NCBI GenBank assembly: GCA_002633005.1 | Contig: NMRA01000335.1 | Location: 1 to 64,000 of the forward strand | Reading direction: 5' to 3' | Length of the DNA: 64,000 bases | Source of the DNA: Phoronis australis | Lineage: Eukaryota; Animalia; Phoronida | Shown here: positions 26,431 to 38,900 of the stretch, one piece after another | How positions within the stretch are numbered: the stretch's first letter is position 1 | Layout of the letters: the number at the start of each line of letters is the position of its first letter | Notes under the pieces: model-generated | Databases searched by the model: none | The model's input: the letters and a program-made list of their open reading frames with translations, nothing else | What the model was told of the DNA's origin: nothing | Position numbers and translations under genes: made by a program

Positions 26431-27362
26431 AGGAGAATGTCACCCAGAAAACCACCTATTTTGTATGAGTTTAAATCGAGTAGTTCCACTCGATTACAGC
26501 AAGTACAGTTCTTTTACCTGACACATGACGGCAGACGGAAGTTTTGAAATTAGCCAATGACGTAATCGGTTCGAACGTAGTTTGTTCAACAGTTCACAAC
26601 ACGCCTACTGGTGTCAGCTTATCGCTTGAATTCATCGTTTTATGGTGTCAGTGAGCTAAGTGCAAGATAATGAAACGAATGACGCTTGCGTTTGCTGCCA
26701 CGAATTCCCGCAAGTGAAACGAATTCTTGGAGAAGCGCAGACGTGTCTAACGGACCATCCCGATTTTGCACCGCATCTTAGAAGGTGTGCTTACGAAGTT
26801 TTTTTACGGCTGAGAAAAAGAACTGGCGAAAACATCCTACATCCAGAGGACCAAGCATAAGCCTGACGAACGAGCCAGTCATCAAACAGGTTACATGAAA
26901 CGTTATTTTCTCACGCCTTGAATTAATTGTAATTGTTTATGTTTTCCTGACCAACTACAATTCTCCATAATCGAAAACTGATCAACAACCGATCCGACGA
27001 TATGCAGGCCACTGACAGACACGGAGAAGTTTCACGGCCTCATACTTGGTACGAACGGCTTACCTTTCATTCTTCACTACCACGAGTCACTTCCGAAACA
27101 TTATGGGCTCTCGGGGAAATCGAAAAAACGATATATCCGCTTTCCTCGCAGCTTCATAGTTCGCACAAGCAGGAAAGATACACGAGTCCATAGCGGCACT
27201 CACTCTGCCGAAGAACCACTGACGTTGCTGCGTCGTTTCTAATCTTCCTCACAGGTTAACGCGACACCTCTCGGCGAGGTAAGATCGACCGTGTACGAGG
27301 TGATGTGCATATAGAGCGATTAAGGAGGTAAAAAGATTAATTAAATCGGGTGGCATTCTCCT
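26431..27362 (+). mobile_element. Kolobok-type non-autonomous DNA transposon with P2X7-ballast/KolX-like remnant
   Basis: TIR AGGAGAATGTCACCC / GGGTGGCATTCTCCT (14/15), flanks TTAA and TAAA. Internal WCQ*AKCKIM/..ACVCCHE..V......CLTDHPDF. Confidence 0.75.
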
Positions 27363-28980
27363 TAAACTACTCTGGCATCATCCGCCATATTCTTCAGTAA
27401 ATTTCTGCGCACGTAGAAAATGTTAGTAGTCTAAGGTTTGTTTGATTGATTCATGATTGATTCTGTGATCAAGCACCATAAAATAGATTATTCTGATGTC
27501 GTTATGGATACCATTAATGAAAATTCTACTTGTGCATATAGCTGCGGTAACCAACCACAGATAACTATTTTGAAGTTTGTTCCTATGCTTCTATGGTCAG
27601 TTACTTTAATGAAACCAGTTTGCAAGTTGGTGTTTGGTTCATTTGCATACTATATGCAAATAAAGCTCGTCATTATTAAAAAATCTACTTATGGATGTAG
27701 CTGCGGTACGAAGCACCGTCGGTAAATACTACTGATGTTTGCACACATTTTTATATAGTAAGTGAAATCAGTTTTCAGGTTGCCGCGTGATCAATTTGCA
27801 TAATGTTCGCAAATAGAGGCCACCACTGTTGAAAATGCTGTTTATGCTCGCAACTTCTTTACGGGGATTACGTGTAAATTATTATTTTCACATTTGCATC
27901 CTTGCTTTTGTGGTCATCCCCCTGTATCATGGTTACCTAACCCTAAGCAGCATAAAACAGTAAACAATAAATTTCATGCGCGCACCCAGAGGGATCGGGG
28001 GCTCATTCGTCCCCCCATTTGGCGAAGTGGCCAAAAGGTCCGCCTCAGAGAAACAAAAAGTCCGAGAAAACGATTCAAAAGTCCACGAAAAAGAGGCGTG
28101 GATGCTCTGAACGTGGTTCCCCGTTTTTCTTTTTTAGTAAAAGGTTTCTTCCCTCATGCTCTCAGACTAAGACTCCAGTTCCGGAGATCAGATTCCGAAG
28201 CCCAGCCTAGAAGTGCAGCCATAAAATCTAGTCCTCAACACTGGGGTTCGATTATCATGTATGAAGCATTCGATGAGTGTATGAAGCTCAGGTTTGGGGG
28301 TGAGGGGATTTGGTTTGGTGTCTCATGGTTCAGGACCAGGGGTACGGTGATCATAGCTGGATTTGAGAGAGACGGTCATGGCATTGTTTCCACCACTGGG
28401 TTATGTAAGCAGCGAGGTCATTACTGCATATAGATAATCAGTTATAATCAGCCGGCGACCATTTAATGAAGCAAGCAAGATAACTTCAGGATGTGGATGG
28501 CATGACGGCTTGTACATTGTGTGTAAAACCATTAGCACTAAAAATGGACGGCGGTAGGTGAGTTTGTTGAAAGGAGAAAGGTATAGTCTAACTTTTTAAC
28601 AATATTGTGAGATATCCCAATTACAAGGGTGACACTTTCAGTAGGTGGTGATGAACTCCTTATTTCCGTTAATTATGCCACCAAATTCCGTATTCAAATT
28701 TTTCTGTTATTTTGCGAAAGCTGACAATTCGATCCCCACACCAACAGTACATTTTTGTAAACTATTTCAGATCTTGTTTGAGATAGTACAATCACGTAGA
28801 AGTCTTCCAGTTTCAAGGAGTTGTTACTAGGTTTACGTAGTCCTAGTGTGGACACTATTTGCGCTGGGGTAACTTGTTGACACACGTGTGAAAAATCATC
28901 CTACCTTATCGTGGCAGGATGACTTGTTATTGGGTAGTTTTCCCCAGCCCAAGTCGTAGTGTGGAAGCAAACCTGGCGTG

Positions 28981-29121
28981 CGTTCAGTAGACGCTGGGAC
29001 CTACGCTAGGACCTAGCTAAAATCTAGTCAAGGTCACATGTTCTCATTTAAAATACACGGCAATATCTCCCGTAATCTCGCGAAGTCTTGCTTTTTTGTG
29101 AGGTCCTTGCGTTACTGAACG
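28981..29121. mobile_element. Short palindromic MITE (family shared with 33281-33528 and ~43174-43289)
   Basis: CGTTCAGTA...TACTGAACG ends. Shares CGTAATCTCGCGAAGT.TTGCTTTT and GCTAGGACCT blocks with 33281-33528. Confidence 0.65.
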
Positions 29122-29627
29122 AGAGGCTGATGAGCATCTATTCATTTACTCACATATGGGCGTTTAATCATGTTTGCGCCATATTTGTCGGACACGTGTA
29201 GCAGGATGTGTAGTGTGGATGCTCGGCTAAGCGCGTGTAAGGGCAAACTTACATGCGACAGCCTGAAAACTCTTTTCGTTTAATTAATTGACCACGGCTG
29301 ATACTGCGGCCTTAATTTACATAACTCATGCAAATTCACGTCATATCTATATGCAAACAAGCGAAATAAATTCGGTGTCCATAGAAACATAGGTAGAAAC
29401 ATCGAAATGACCTGCTTGCAGTGCTTGTTACTGTATAATCAAAGACCGAATTTTGCGTAAGTGCCGCCTTGACCTAAATATTTAGAAAAGCTCAAAACTG
29501 ACAAGATTACAAAAAAATTGTTCATGATGCAACGGAAGTACTTTATACTACTACCAAATTCTAGGAACCAATTTTGGGTTACTTGACTCATATGCCGTAG
29601 TTACCGTGAGTTGTCTTGAATAAGCAG

Positions 29628-29935
29628 ATTGTAAAAAGACATTTGCGTGGTGGTTAGATATGGATCTTTCATTTGTAGACCGCAAGCCAGTCTATACTGG
29701 AGAAGCTTTCACTCTCAGCGTCACCACCTGCTGCGCTTCGTTCCTTATAGCCATGTATGCTGTCATCCCCGGTCAGCTAATCAACAAAAAGCCACTGGTC
29801 CTTCACCAAATCCCGGTCAAAGGGAACGCTTCGTTCAATCTTCTTTTGAACAACCCGGGACCGGTAACTGCAACGGTTTACGCAGCAGCATTCACAGGCA
29901 TAGTCGAGCTTATTAGTGAAGAGGTTACACTTGAG
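29628..29935 (+). CDS. PKD1-like exon A
   Basis: gcag acceptor, GAG|gtaat donor, phase 1 to 0. Beta-rich Ig/PKD-like sequence. Confidence 0.7.
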
Positions 29936-32900
29936 GTAATTACAATCTGTTGGCGCTGAGCTGAAGTAGGAAACTTATACCCAGTTTACAGCTGGGACTT
30001 TGAATCGAACTAAACCCTGTTTGTGGCAAAAGTCATTCTATTGAACTAGTGTTAACGCTACCGGATTTGCTGTAACCGGCTCAAGGCGAAGCCGCTTGAG
30101 GTGGTGATTTCAAGCAGAATCTGGCAAATATAATTCACTGAGACTGAGCCTACGTGCATGTCTATCTCAAAACTGCCTCCAAGCCAGGTATAAACCTAGA
30201 TTTTATTATTTTTGGCACTGCAAATTGGCCGTGGCTGCAGCCTAACAATCCAACTACCCGACATTTTATAAAAGAAGTTCTTGACTGGAAAAAGAGAAGT
30301 CAGTTTGCATACACAAGATTCTTCCAGCAGACGGCGCAGCGTCTAACCTGTTTCGGTCCTGGTAGTATACCCGGTCGGAATAAATCTCCTCTGTAGTGTA
30401 AACGCAGAGACGTGGTGGCTTGTAGCGATATAACCTGACTACAAGCAAGTCAATCCGGAACTATTGTGTAAACAGGGTATGAGTGAGTACTTTTACCTGA
30501 AAAGATACTTTTTTAATCCATTACTTACAAATACACACGTTTCATGAGCACAACTGTAAAAAACGAATTTTTATGGACTAAATAGTTGCACATTTGAAAC
30601 ACCTGCGTAAACAACATCACGGAATGCTGTCTCCAGCGGTAGATGTTGTTCATTTATCTACCGCAGGTATCAAGGTAAACTTAGATATTACTTTTCAGTA
30701 CCGTTATAACAGTTTCGCTCAAGTTATTAAAAAGTAGTTTGATTTTAAATAGTATTCATATTTGGTAGAGCTCAGCCAGCTGTTTCAAAAATATCATTTT
30801 CAATTGAAAACCCCTTTACAAATGCCCTTTAATACGGCGGCCATTAGTACCAGAACAAAATTGAATATGTTATTATGGATTGCCAAATAGTTATTGCGGA
30901 TTGCTAATATGTTATCTCCATGATAGCAAGTAGCAGCACATATTAATAAAAACACCGGTGGACTTACATCGACTTGACATGTTTCGGCAGAAGAAAAAAA
31001 AAACATTGGCCACCTTGCTAGGCCCAACAATAAATAATGATACACAGAGTGTGAGTTACAGGGGAGTACCAACAGACTTGACTAACAATGACAACATGTG
31101 TTCTGCCAGTTGGCTAGAATTGAGACTGGGCTTACAGCAACTGAACAAAAATTTTCATCTCCTTTGTTGTTTCTGCTTGGTCTGTTATAATATGTTATCC
31201 CTGGCCTGAGGTATTACAACCAGTAGTCCCTCCGTACATGTGTTCGTACAACATGATGACTGCCATTATCGACTGTCCAAGTTGCAGAGGAAGTTAACGT
31301 TTTTGCCAACACTGTCGTGGAGCCTACACTGACAATTCCTCTGCGAGAAGCAATCGTTGAAGATATGATCCGTGCCTTCTTTGGTCCAGTCAGAAATACC
31401 TATCCACGTGTTATTACCAAGTGGGGGAAAAGGGATAGGACGATGTCCTGGTGTATTGTTATAGAAGTGCCATTGCGCAGTTTTGGATGGATGAGGTTTG
31501 GTGAAATAATATCAACAGTAGACCCTTACCTGTACTTCGACACAACTTTTCAGACCAGAAATGGAAGTTGTCGGAAAGGTAATTGCAGAAGGACGGAAAA
31601 ATTCCCAGTGCTCACCAATTAGCCTTGCTCTTACTTTCCTATAGAATTATGAAGGAGACCTTTCTCCAGTTCGGAACCGGAAATCATTGAATTCTCCCCG
31701 AATGATTTCCAGTCAGATGTAGAACTTCAAATACCTGCATGATTACGATTGCCGCAGGCTTCCTGCCACCTGAAGTAAATCTAACCTCCCTACTTGCTGA
31801 ATTCGGCTGCAAAAGGGTACATTCAAGCAGGCTTATTGCAGACAATATGGTCAGACAACTAAACCAGCTTTTTCGCATTCGTCCAGACAAAAGTTCCAGT
31901 CAGTGTGCAAGGAGCTAAGTCTCACTGCGAAAAACGTTCTCCCAACAGAAATTTCCAGAAAACACGACCTCACAACAGATAATGGGTTCTTCCTATTGAA
32001 GAGGCACATTAAGAGCGACAGACCACTATTTTGCAAATTTCAATGATTTTGCAAAGCTTGACCCATCATAACACCTCTCGAAACATGACAGTCGCCTGCA
32101 CTAGCTTTGATGGTTTGCAGTGACGACCAGTGGCTCATAGGTGTGGATTGGAAGTTCCGTCGACCGGTATGTTGTTGAATTGAAGCACGAATTCAACAAA
32201 CATTTGAACACTGGTTTTTGGGTTCTGGCAACCTGTAAGCAGAGTTCTTTTCCATCAAAGTACATTATCATACTTTGTAAAAGCTATCTGTGACCGGTAT
32301 ATGCACGTGCGTCACAAGTTCGTTACCACGAGATGAAAAGGAGACCGTGGTAGGCGATATAAGGTCATTTATTATGACTAATACAATAACAAGTAATAGA
32401 TAGTGAATAAAAATAAGTAAAATACTTTGTGTATAATCTCTGGTAAGATGGGCAATATAAAAGCGCCACAAGTGATGTTGCCCATCTATGGATGCTTCGA
32501 AGATGTTTTTACCACCTAAAGGTTATGTAGGACCTTTTCGACTTGTCAATGTATTTAGCCAAATGTTTACAAAGCTATATTTTTAACTAGTAAAAGTATA
32601 TATGTTTTCTGTAAGCAGAAAGTCTGCAGAATTTAATTTTTTACTCTATACCAACCTGCTATTAATTGAATCACGTGACCATGTCTTTTCAGTAAACTTT
32701 AATAAAAAAGGAACATCTACATAGCAACGATATCAACAACATTACCAAATTTTGTCTGATAGAAAAATGTAAAATGAAATTTCAAAAACGTTCTTGCTTT
32801 TTCGTCTTCTTTTCTTGCTACTTTTTAGTTTTTCATGAAAATCACAAAAGTCCTAATTTTCATACTAGCCCCGTGTGTTAAAGTAGAGAATTTTAAAACA

Positions 32901-35900
32901 AATTTTTAAGGCATGTTAAAAACAGCGCACAAGGGACGGCGTTTGAAAGTTTCATCGAACCCTATCAGCCGTTTCTGAGAAATGATACTAGCCATTTTTC
33001 GAGCCTTTGGGCACAACAAAAGTTCACGTACATGAACACTGTACATGTGCAGGTTGTATTTGCTCGCGAATCATCATGGTGGCTATTTTTGTGCAGATAA
33101 TATCACATGAGCTACTTTAATCAAAAGTCTTAGCCCGGGTCGTGTTTCGTAAATGCAAGAAGATCACGAAGGAAGGTACCTTAATCACGTGCTTCGCTTG
33201 TAGTACATAGCGATTTCTCGCTAAGTCTTGCATGGTCGTGCCTTTTCTCCAAGCTATTGCGCATAATGAAAGCACGCCAAAGTAGAGTTTAAGAACGCTA
33301 GGACCTCGCTACAAAAGCAAGAATTCACGAGATCACGCGAGAAGTTGCCGTAAGTTTTGAATGAGAGCACGTAATTTTCACTACATTTTTCTAACCACGA
33401 GACACTGGGTGGAGAAATTGAACCCAAAATCACGTATCCAAAGTACACGTAAGTATCCCGCGTAATCTCGCGAAGTTTTGCTTTTCCAGCGAGGTCCTAG
33501 TGCGGCCTTGGCGTTACTGAACTCTACTACCCTGGTCTTAGCCAAGATGGTCGAAACTTCAATTCTGGTTTACACAGTTCATTGACATGTGATGGCTGAG
33601 TTTGAAAAAAAATACTTGAAAAGATTAGCTCTGAAAATTGCATTGTCACGTTTGAGTAACGGACTGATAAACTTTGATAAATCATAGACTGTCTTACGTT
33701 TATCTCAACTGTATTTATATCGCGTTTGAAAAATTGCGAAGATGCATCCGGAAGTTGGGCAGGATTGACCATATACAGAAAAACTTTGTCTGCATTCATT
33801 TATATGTACGTGTATCTCTGGACAATCTTTCATGCTTTAAGCGTCTTCCTTATTAGGAAAATGTAACTTTATGAACGTTATTGTAGGTGAAAGTCCGGGC
33901 AAATCCCTACACAGAAATAGGCATTGAGTGTCCCGGAGTTACCGGCAATATGTTGCCAACAGCGATTGCCTTACAAGTATACTTCGTTACTGACGACATT
34001 GTCAAGATAGAGTATGATGGAGGGGAATCCTCTACCTTTGTTATTCCGGGTAAGTGTGTGCGTACTAGCCGACAAAGGTCGACATCTTTTATTGCAGTGC
34101 CGCGTTCATGGTGAGGATTAAAGTTTTAGTTGATCACGTGTGTATACCAGTGTTGGTGCTTCACTAAGCTCAACGATGCGTCAGTTTTAGTTCGTGTTGT
34201 ACGTTAAAATAATGCAGTTACAATAATAAAGCGCAATTGCAACTTTTCAGAAACTTTTATTTCAGATCCTGTCGTGTATCATGTACCTCCGTGGCTAGAT
34301 GAAAATCCCTCTGCTCCACAACTGGCCGTGTCAGTGAAGAATCAAGTAGTATACGGTTCTCGCAATATGGTGTTTCGTTACCACGGTTACATTAAATGCT
34401 GGACTGTGGAGACTCTTCAGCCAAGTGTTATTCAGTTTACGGTAATTTAATAACATAAGGTTATGTTAGCAATTTCAGCCAGCTATCTACAATAGTAGAG
34501 AGTCTAACTCAGTAAAGATACTTCCTGAGACAATGAAAACCCGGTAAATTTTATTGTCAACTTTTTACTGAAGCGCCATTAATAAAATTATGGAACATGT
34601 TTTAAGTAACATTTAGCTAAAAGAAAATATACGTTGATAGAAAAACAAAGGTCATGGGCGGCACAGCACAAGGAGATGAGGGTGCAAGAGTCCTACACTT
34701 ATTTCATTGCTGCGCCGCCGTGGACATGGGGGCGCACCGTAGGCGTCGCTGCGGGCTATAACTCCCACTTACTTCAGTGCTGCGCCGTCCATGAAGGTTT
34801 AATAGATGAGATCTCAAAATACTGTTCAGTACAATGTTTTAAAGTATCATTTTGTATTCGCTTTGTATAACTCTCGAGTATTTTCGTGACGTCATAAAGC
34901 TCAATTGTTGATAGCCCCTCATGCGAAAGTGGAACATTTTAAATACAGTGCCTAAAACATATTGGAGAATAGTGCATAAAGCATATTGTCGAAAAGTTTC
35001 GTGAGACTCTGATCAGCCATTATTGATACATGATGTTTTGCAAATAGCCAAATTCTAAATTTTTTATAGGCTCCAACATAACCTTAACTAATAGCAAATC
35101 ACATGCAGCCCATATACAACAGAAGGAGTTTATGAGGTTGGAAATTTAAGGCAAGCTACAAAAAACAGGTGAAGAAAATTTCTTATATTTCCTCCAGTTT
35201 ATACAGGGGAGACAACTTAATGGTTTGAGAAATATTTACGAGCTCACATGAAACGGAGCCTAAGTAAGTGTGTGTGTGTGGGGGGGGGGGGGNNNGGGGG
35301 GGGGGGGGGGTATGCCTTCACACCTTGCAGGCGAAAGGTGTAAACGTGGCGACTGGAATAGACGTGGGGCTGCCGGCAGGGAGTGGTGAGGAAAAGAAAG
35401 ATTGGTTGTTAGGCACAGATTTACAAGATCTTTGTGATTCAGACATATGGATTTAAGAACAAACAGCATTTCTTCAGGGATTTTTCTTTTCGCTCTCTTT
35501 TTCATGTTATTTCACGAAAATAATGTAGCTGTGATATTAGTATCAACTACTGCCCATTTCTTGTTTTGAAAACTTCACATTTAAGGTCTCAGTCCAAGGA
35601 GGGTGTCCGATGATGGCATCAGTGGTCGCCTTTATTTATGTCCTTTCTCTGTAAGGTTATTCAAGGAGGGGGGCATAGTTATAGAATTAATTGCCGTATT
35701 TGGTTACATGTACGTTAAACCGCCCAAATTCCTGTGAAGACCAAGCTACTTGGAGACCTAACCACCGCAAAGAGCAGATTCACTGGTCTGGTGCACCAGC
35801 GATTCAAAAATCATTTCTAGTCTTACAGTTTGGAATAACACGAGGCTGATTTTAACGGTGAAGTGGAGTAAATCATTTTTTAACACCGAGAAGACTGGGG

Positions 35901-38900
35901 TTTTTTAAATACGTGCATTCACGAAACAGTGACCCGCATTTCGCGCAATCTTGTCATTCCTCGGCTTGCAGGCAATAAAGTACGTTAAATAACTTGATAT
36001 TCTAATTTTGTTGGATCCGTAGGTATGTCCATTTTAATTCTGTGCTGTGGCGCCCAGAGATATGAAGATACTGCATAGTTCGTTAGCGAGTGCTCCAAAC
36101 GAGTCCACGACCTCGCTAAAGGTACAACAAGTTGGCGCTACCACGCGAATTAAAAGTATCTAAATACTCAAATTGCAGGTTTTTTTGAAATGCATGACAA
36201 ATTATCCTCACTGAATTTGTGCAGACATGCAAAGTGCAAAATGTCGAACGTAAGAAAGCAAGGTGCAAAAACGAGTAAATACAGAACCTGCTTACTCACT
36301 GACATACGATAATTGTTTACATCCTATACATCAGACTTCGTTATCGAAGTTAATTTGTCGTTGCGTCGCATATTGGTTTCATGTTTTTATATTGAAGTAC
36401 TTCCTGTCAACATTGCAGTTTCTGCTTACTCGTCCTTCATCACAGTTATCCTTTGCATCCTCAAATCACTAAAACATCATAATCTCGTTGCCCTATACCT
36501 ACATGTAACTGTCTCCAAAACCAATGTCAGCCTCAGTTCGATTCTCACCTTGACATTTAAAATGTTCGGAATGTTCGCAAGGCAGTTGGTTAAAAATGGC
36601 CTTCATCTTGTTTGAAACCAAAGAACTGTCTGACAGTTGATTAGGTACCGCTAGACAAAAAAACACACGATGTCTTGTTATCCATTAATCTTATCATCAT
36701 AACTCCGCAGCTGTGTTTAGATCTTCTTAACTCCAAGTTTAAGAGAGACCATTGAGGATCGAATCGCAAATTCGTACGTGGCGACAGATTTACATTAACC
36801 ATTGCAAAATGTTCAATGTTACTTGCTCATTTACCTTTTCACAGGTTTGGCGACCAGACTGCACCAGCGGCATCTATTGTTATCGATCTAACAGGTGTAC
36901 GGTTACCGAATGTAATGTAGATCAACAACCCAACACCTGGAGTTTTAACGTGAATTCCCAACTGAAGTTCAATCAAATGTTTAATCTCGCCAAGCGATCA
37001 TACCCACTAGTGCATTCAGTTAAGACTAATGACTATTCAACATTCGATGATTACAAAGCAAACTTGGGCAACACATTGGTCGATAAGTATACAGAACAAC
37101 CAGTGAAGTTGGACGCAAACTTACCGATTGGATATCACACGTTAACAGTGCCAGACAATTCCGCTATGTTTGTCAGACCTGGAGATATTGTAGGAGTCAG
37201 AATACAGAGCGGAGAAGTACGAAGCCTAAAGGGTATAAGCCCCTCTGTTGTTACTTGCGAAGTGAACGGCAAATGTATACCCGGACTTGCGTTCAACGTC
37301 AAAGCTACTGTTGTACGCATGCATTCGGTGGTTGACGACCACGACTATAGTGTTTTAGGAACTTACGACGTGCGTGTTTCGATTAACTACGACACAACGA
37401 TGAATTGTAATATTTCGGTTCAAGAGTCTGTTGCCAACGTTACGCTGCTAATTCCCGTTCCTGTTGGTAAGATAGATGTGATTTAATCTTGGGCTGTGTT
37501 CTGTCGAACACGTTCTAGCGAGAAAAAATGAGACCACGCAAGTCTTCGCAAGTCTGGCTTTAAATACAAACGAAACGCATATTCAAACGTATCTCGTGTC
37601 TTGTGTCTACGGAACACGCCCCTGAAAAGACTATAATTATTTTCACGAAGCTTTGGCAACTGGTCACGTGGGCGACACATTTGCTATCGTTAGGTTGTGC
37701 GGGGAGGGACCTTAAGTTTTGCATTGAAGCATAGAGACGAGACACTTGTGACCAAAGTGGAAGTTTTGTCCTCGTCATTTGTGAAGTTAATTCGCCATCG
37801 GCCTCGCGTGACCATGCCAGTGCTTCGTGAAGGAATTATACACTGTTGAAGTATAGAACTCAGTAGCCTCCCAGCTTTCCTATTACTCAATAAAATGGAC
37901 CTTCCTTTAATCACCAGATATAAAGCGGACTATAAGAGATTCCTTTACAAGTGAGGCATGTGAAAACCTGGATACTGAGACTTATAGCTTGCAAATTCGA
38001 TCCCGGCATGCTTCACTTGCACCGCCTACTAGATGAAGTGCTTCCAATAAATTTCACGAATTTATAGAATAGGGCACCAGATCTGCTAGACCAATTGGGG
38101 ACAATCGATATTCACAGCATCTTTGTAGGAAAAGTTGTGATTTCCCGATGTTTTTCAGATCGCTCTTTTTGTTATCATTAGGTCATTTTCATGCAATTAA
38201 TCTGTGCTTGAGTTGATGAAGAGCAATTTCGTATGCGCAATTACATATTATGCGCCCAAATATTCATGCCGTCATCTCCGTCCGTCCAGTGTCCGGCGTC
38301 CGGCGTCCAGCGTCCGCTGATCTATCTCCAAAACCCCTTGACGTATGTTCATGAAATTTTGCACATATGTTTCTTCCGTAGATGGGACGACATGAGCGAA
38401 CTTTCCGACCGATCCGACTATTGATGTGCCCACTAGTGGGAATTTTGGTTTTCTTACGTTTAATTTTGTATCTTCAACAGTCCTCAACGGATTTTCATAA
38501 AATTCATTATGTAGGCACCTATTCGCGAGATGACGCTATCCTCTCGTTTTCGGATGGATGAAACGTAGTTTGCGCCACACCTAGTGGCCATTTTTTTACT
38601 GTTTTCCAGTCTGTTTTTTGCGTCCACCCCTCTATCGATCAATCAAATCGCTCCAAGAATGATTGTGAAAATGGCCATGTAGGTTCGTACTATAAAGTGG
38701 ACGGCTGATGATGATTTTCCGACGACTTCGACTACTGTGGCACCTGCTAGTGGCAGTTTTGTTTTTTTGCACCTATGCCTGTATCTCCTCAATCGACTGC
38801 AGGATCTTTACTAAATTTACGACTTTCTGACACATTTGACTACTGGTGTGCCGCCACCTAGTGTCAATTTTATTTGTTTACGTTTACCTCTTTATCTTCA

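Noticed and set aside
27894-28433. 179-aa basic ORF
   Set aside because: TTG start, no recognisable homology or splice context.
28490-28553. Candidate upstream PKD1-like exon (DVDGMTACTLCVKPLALKMDG)
   Set aside because: The phase could fit, but there are two competing donors and no recognisable domain. Not supportable without transcripts.
31230-32270. Possible LINE endonuclease/RT relic in the intron after exon A
   Set aside because: Only faint, strand-ambiguous similarity. No diagnostic motif recovered.
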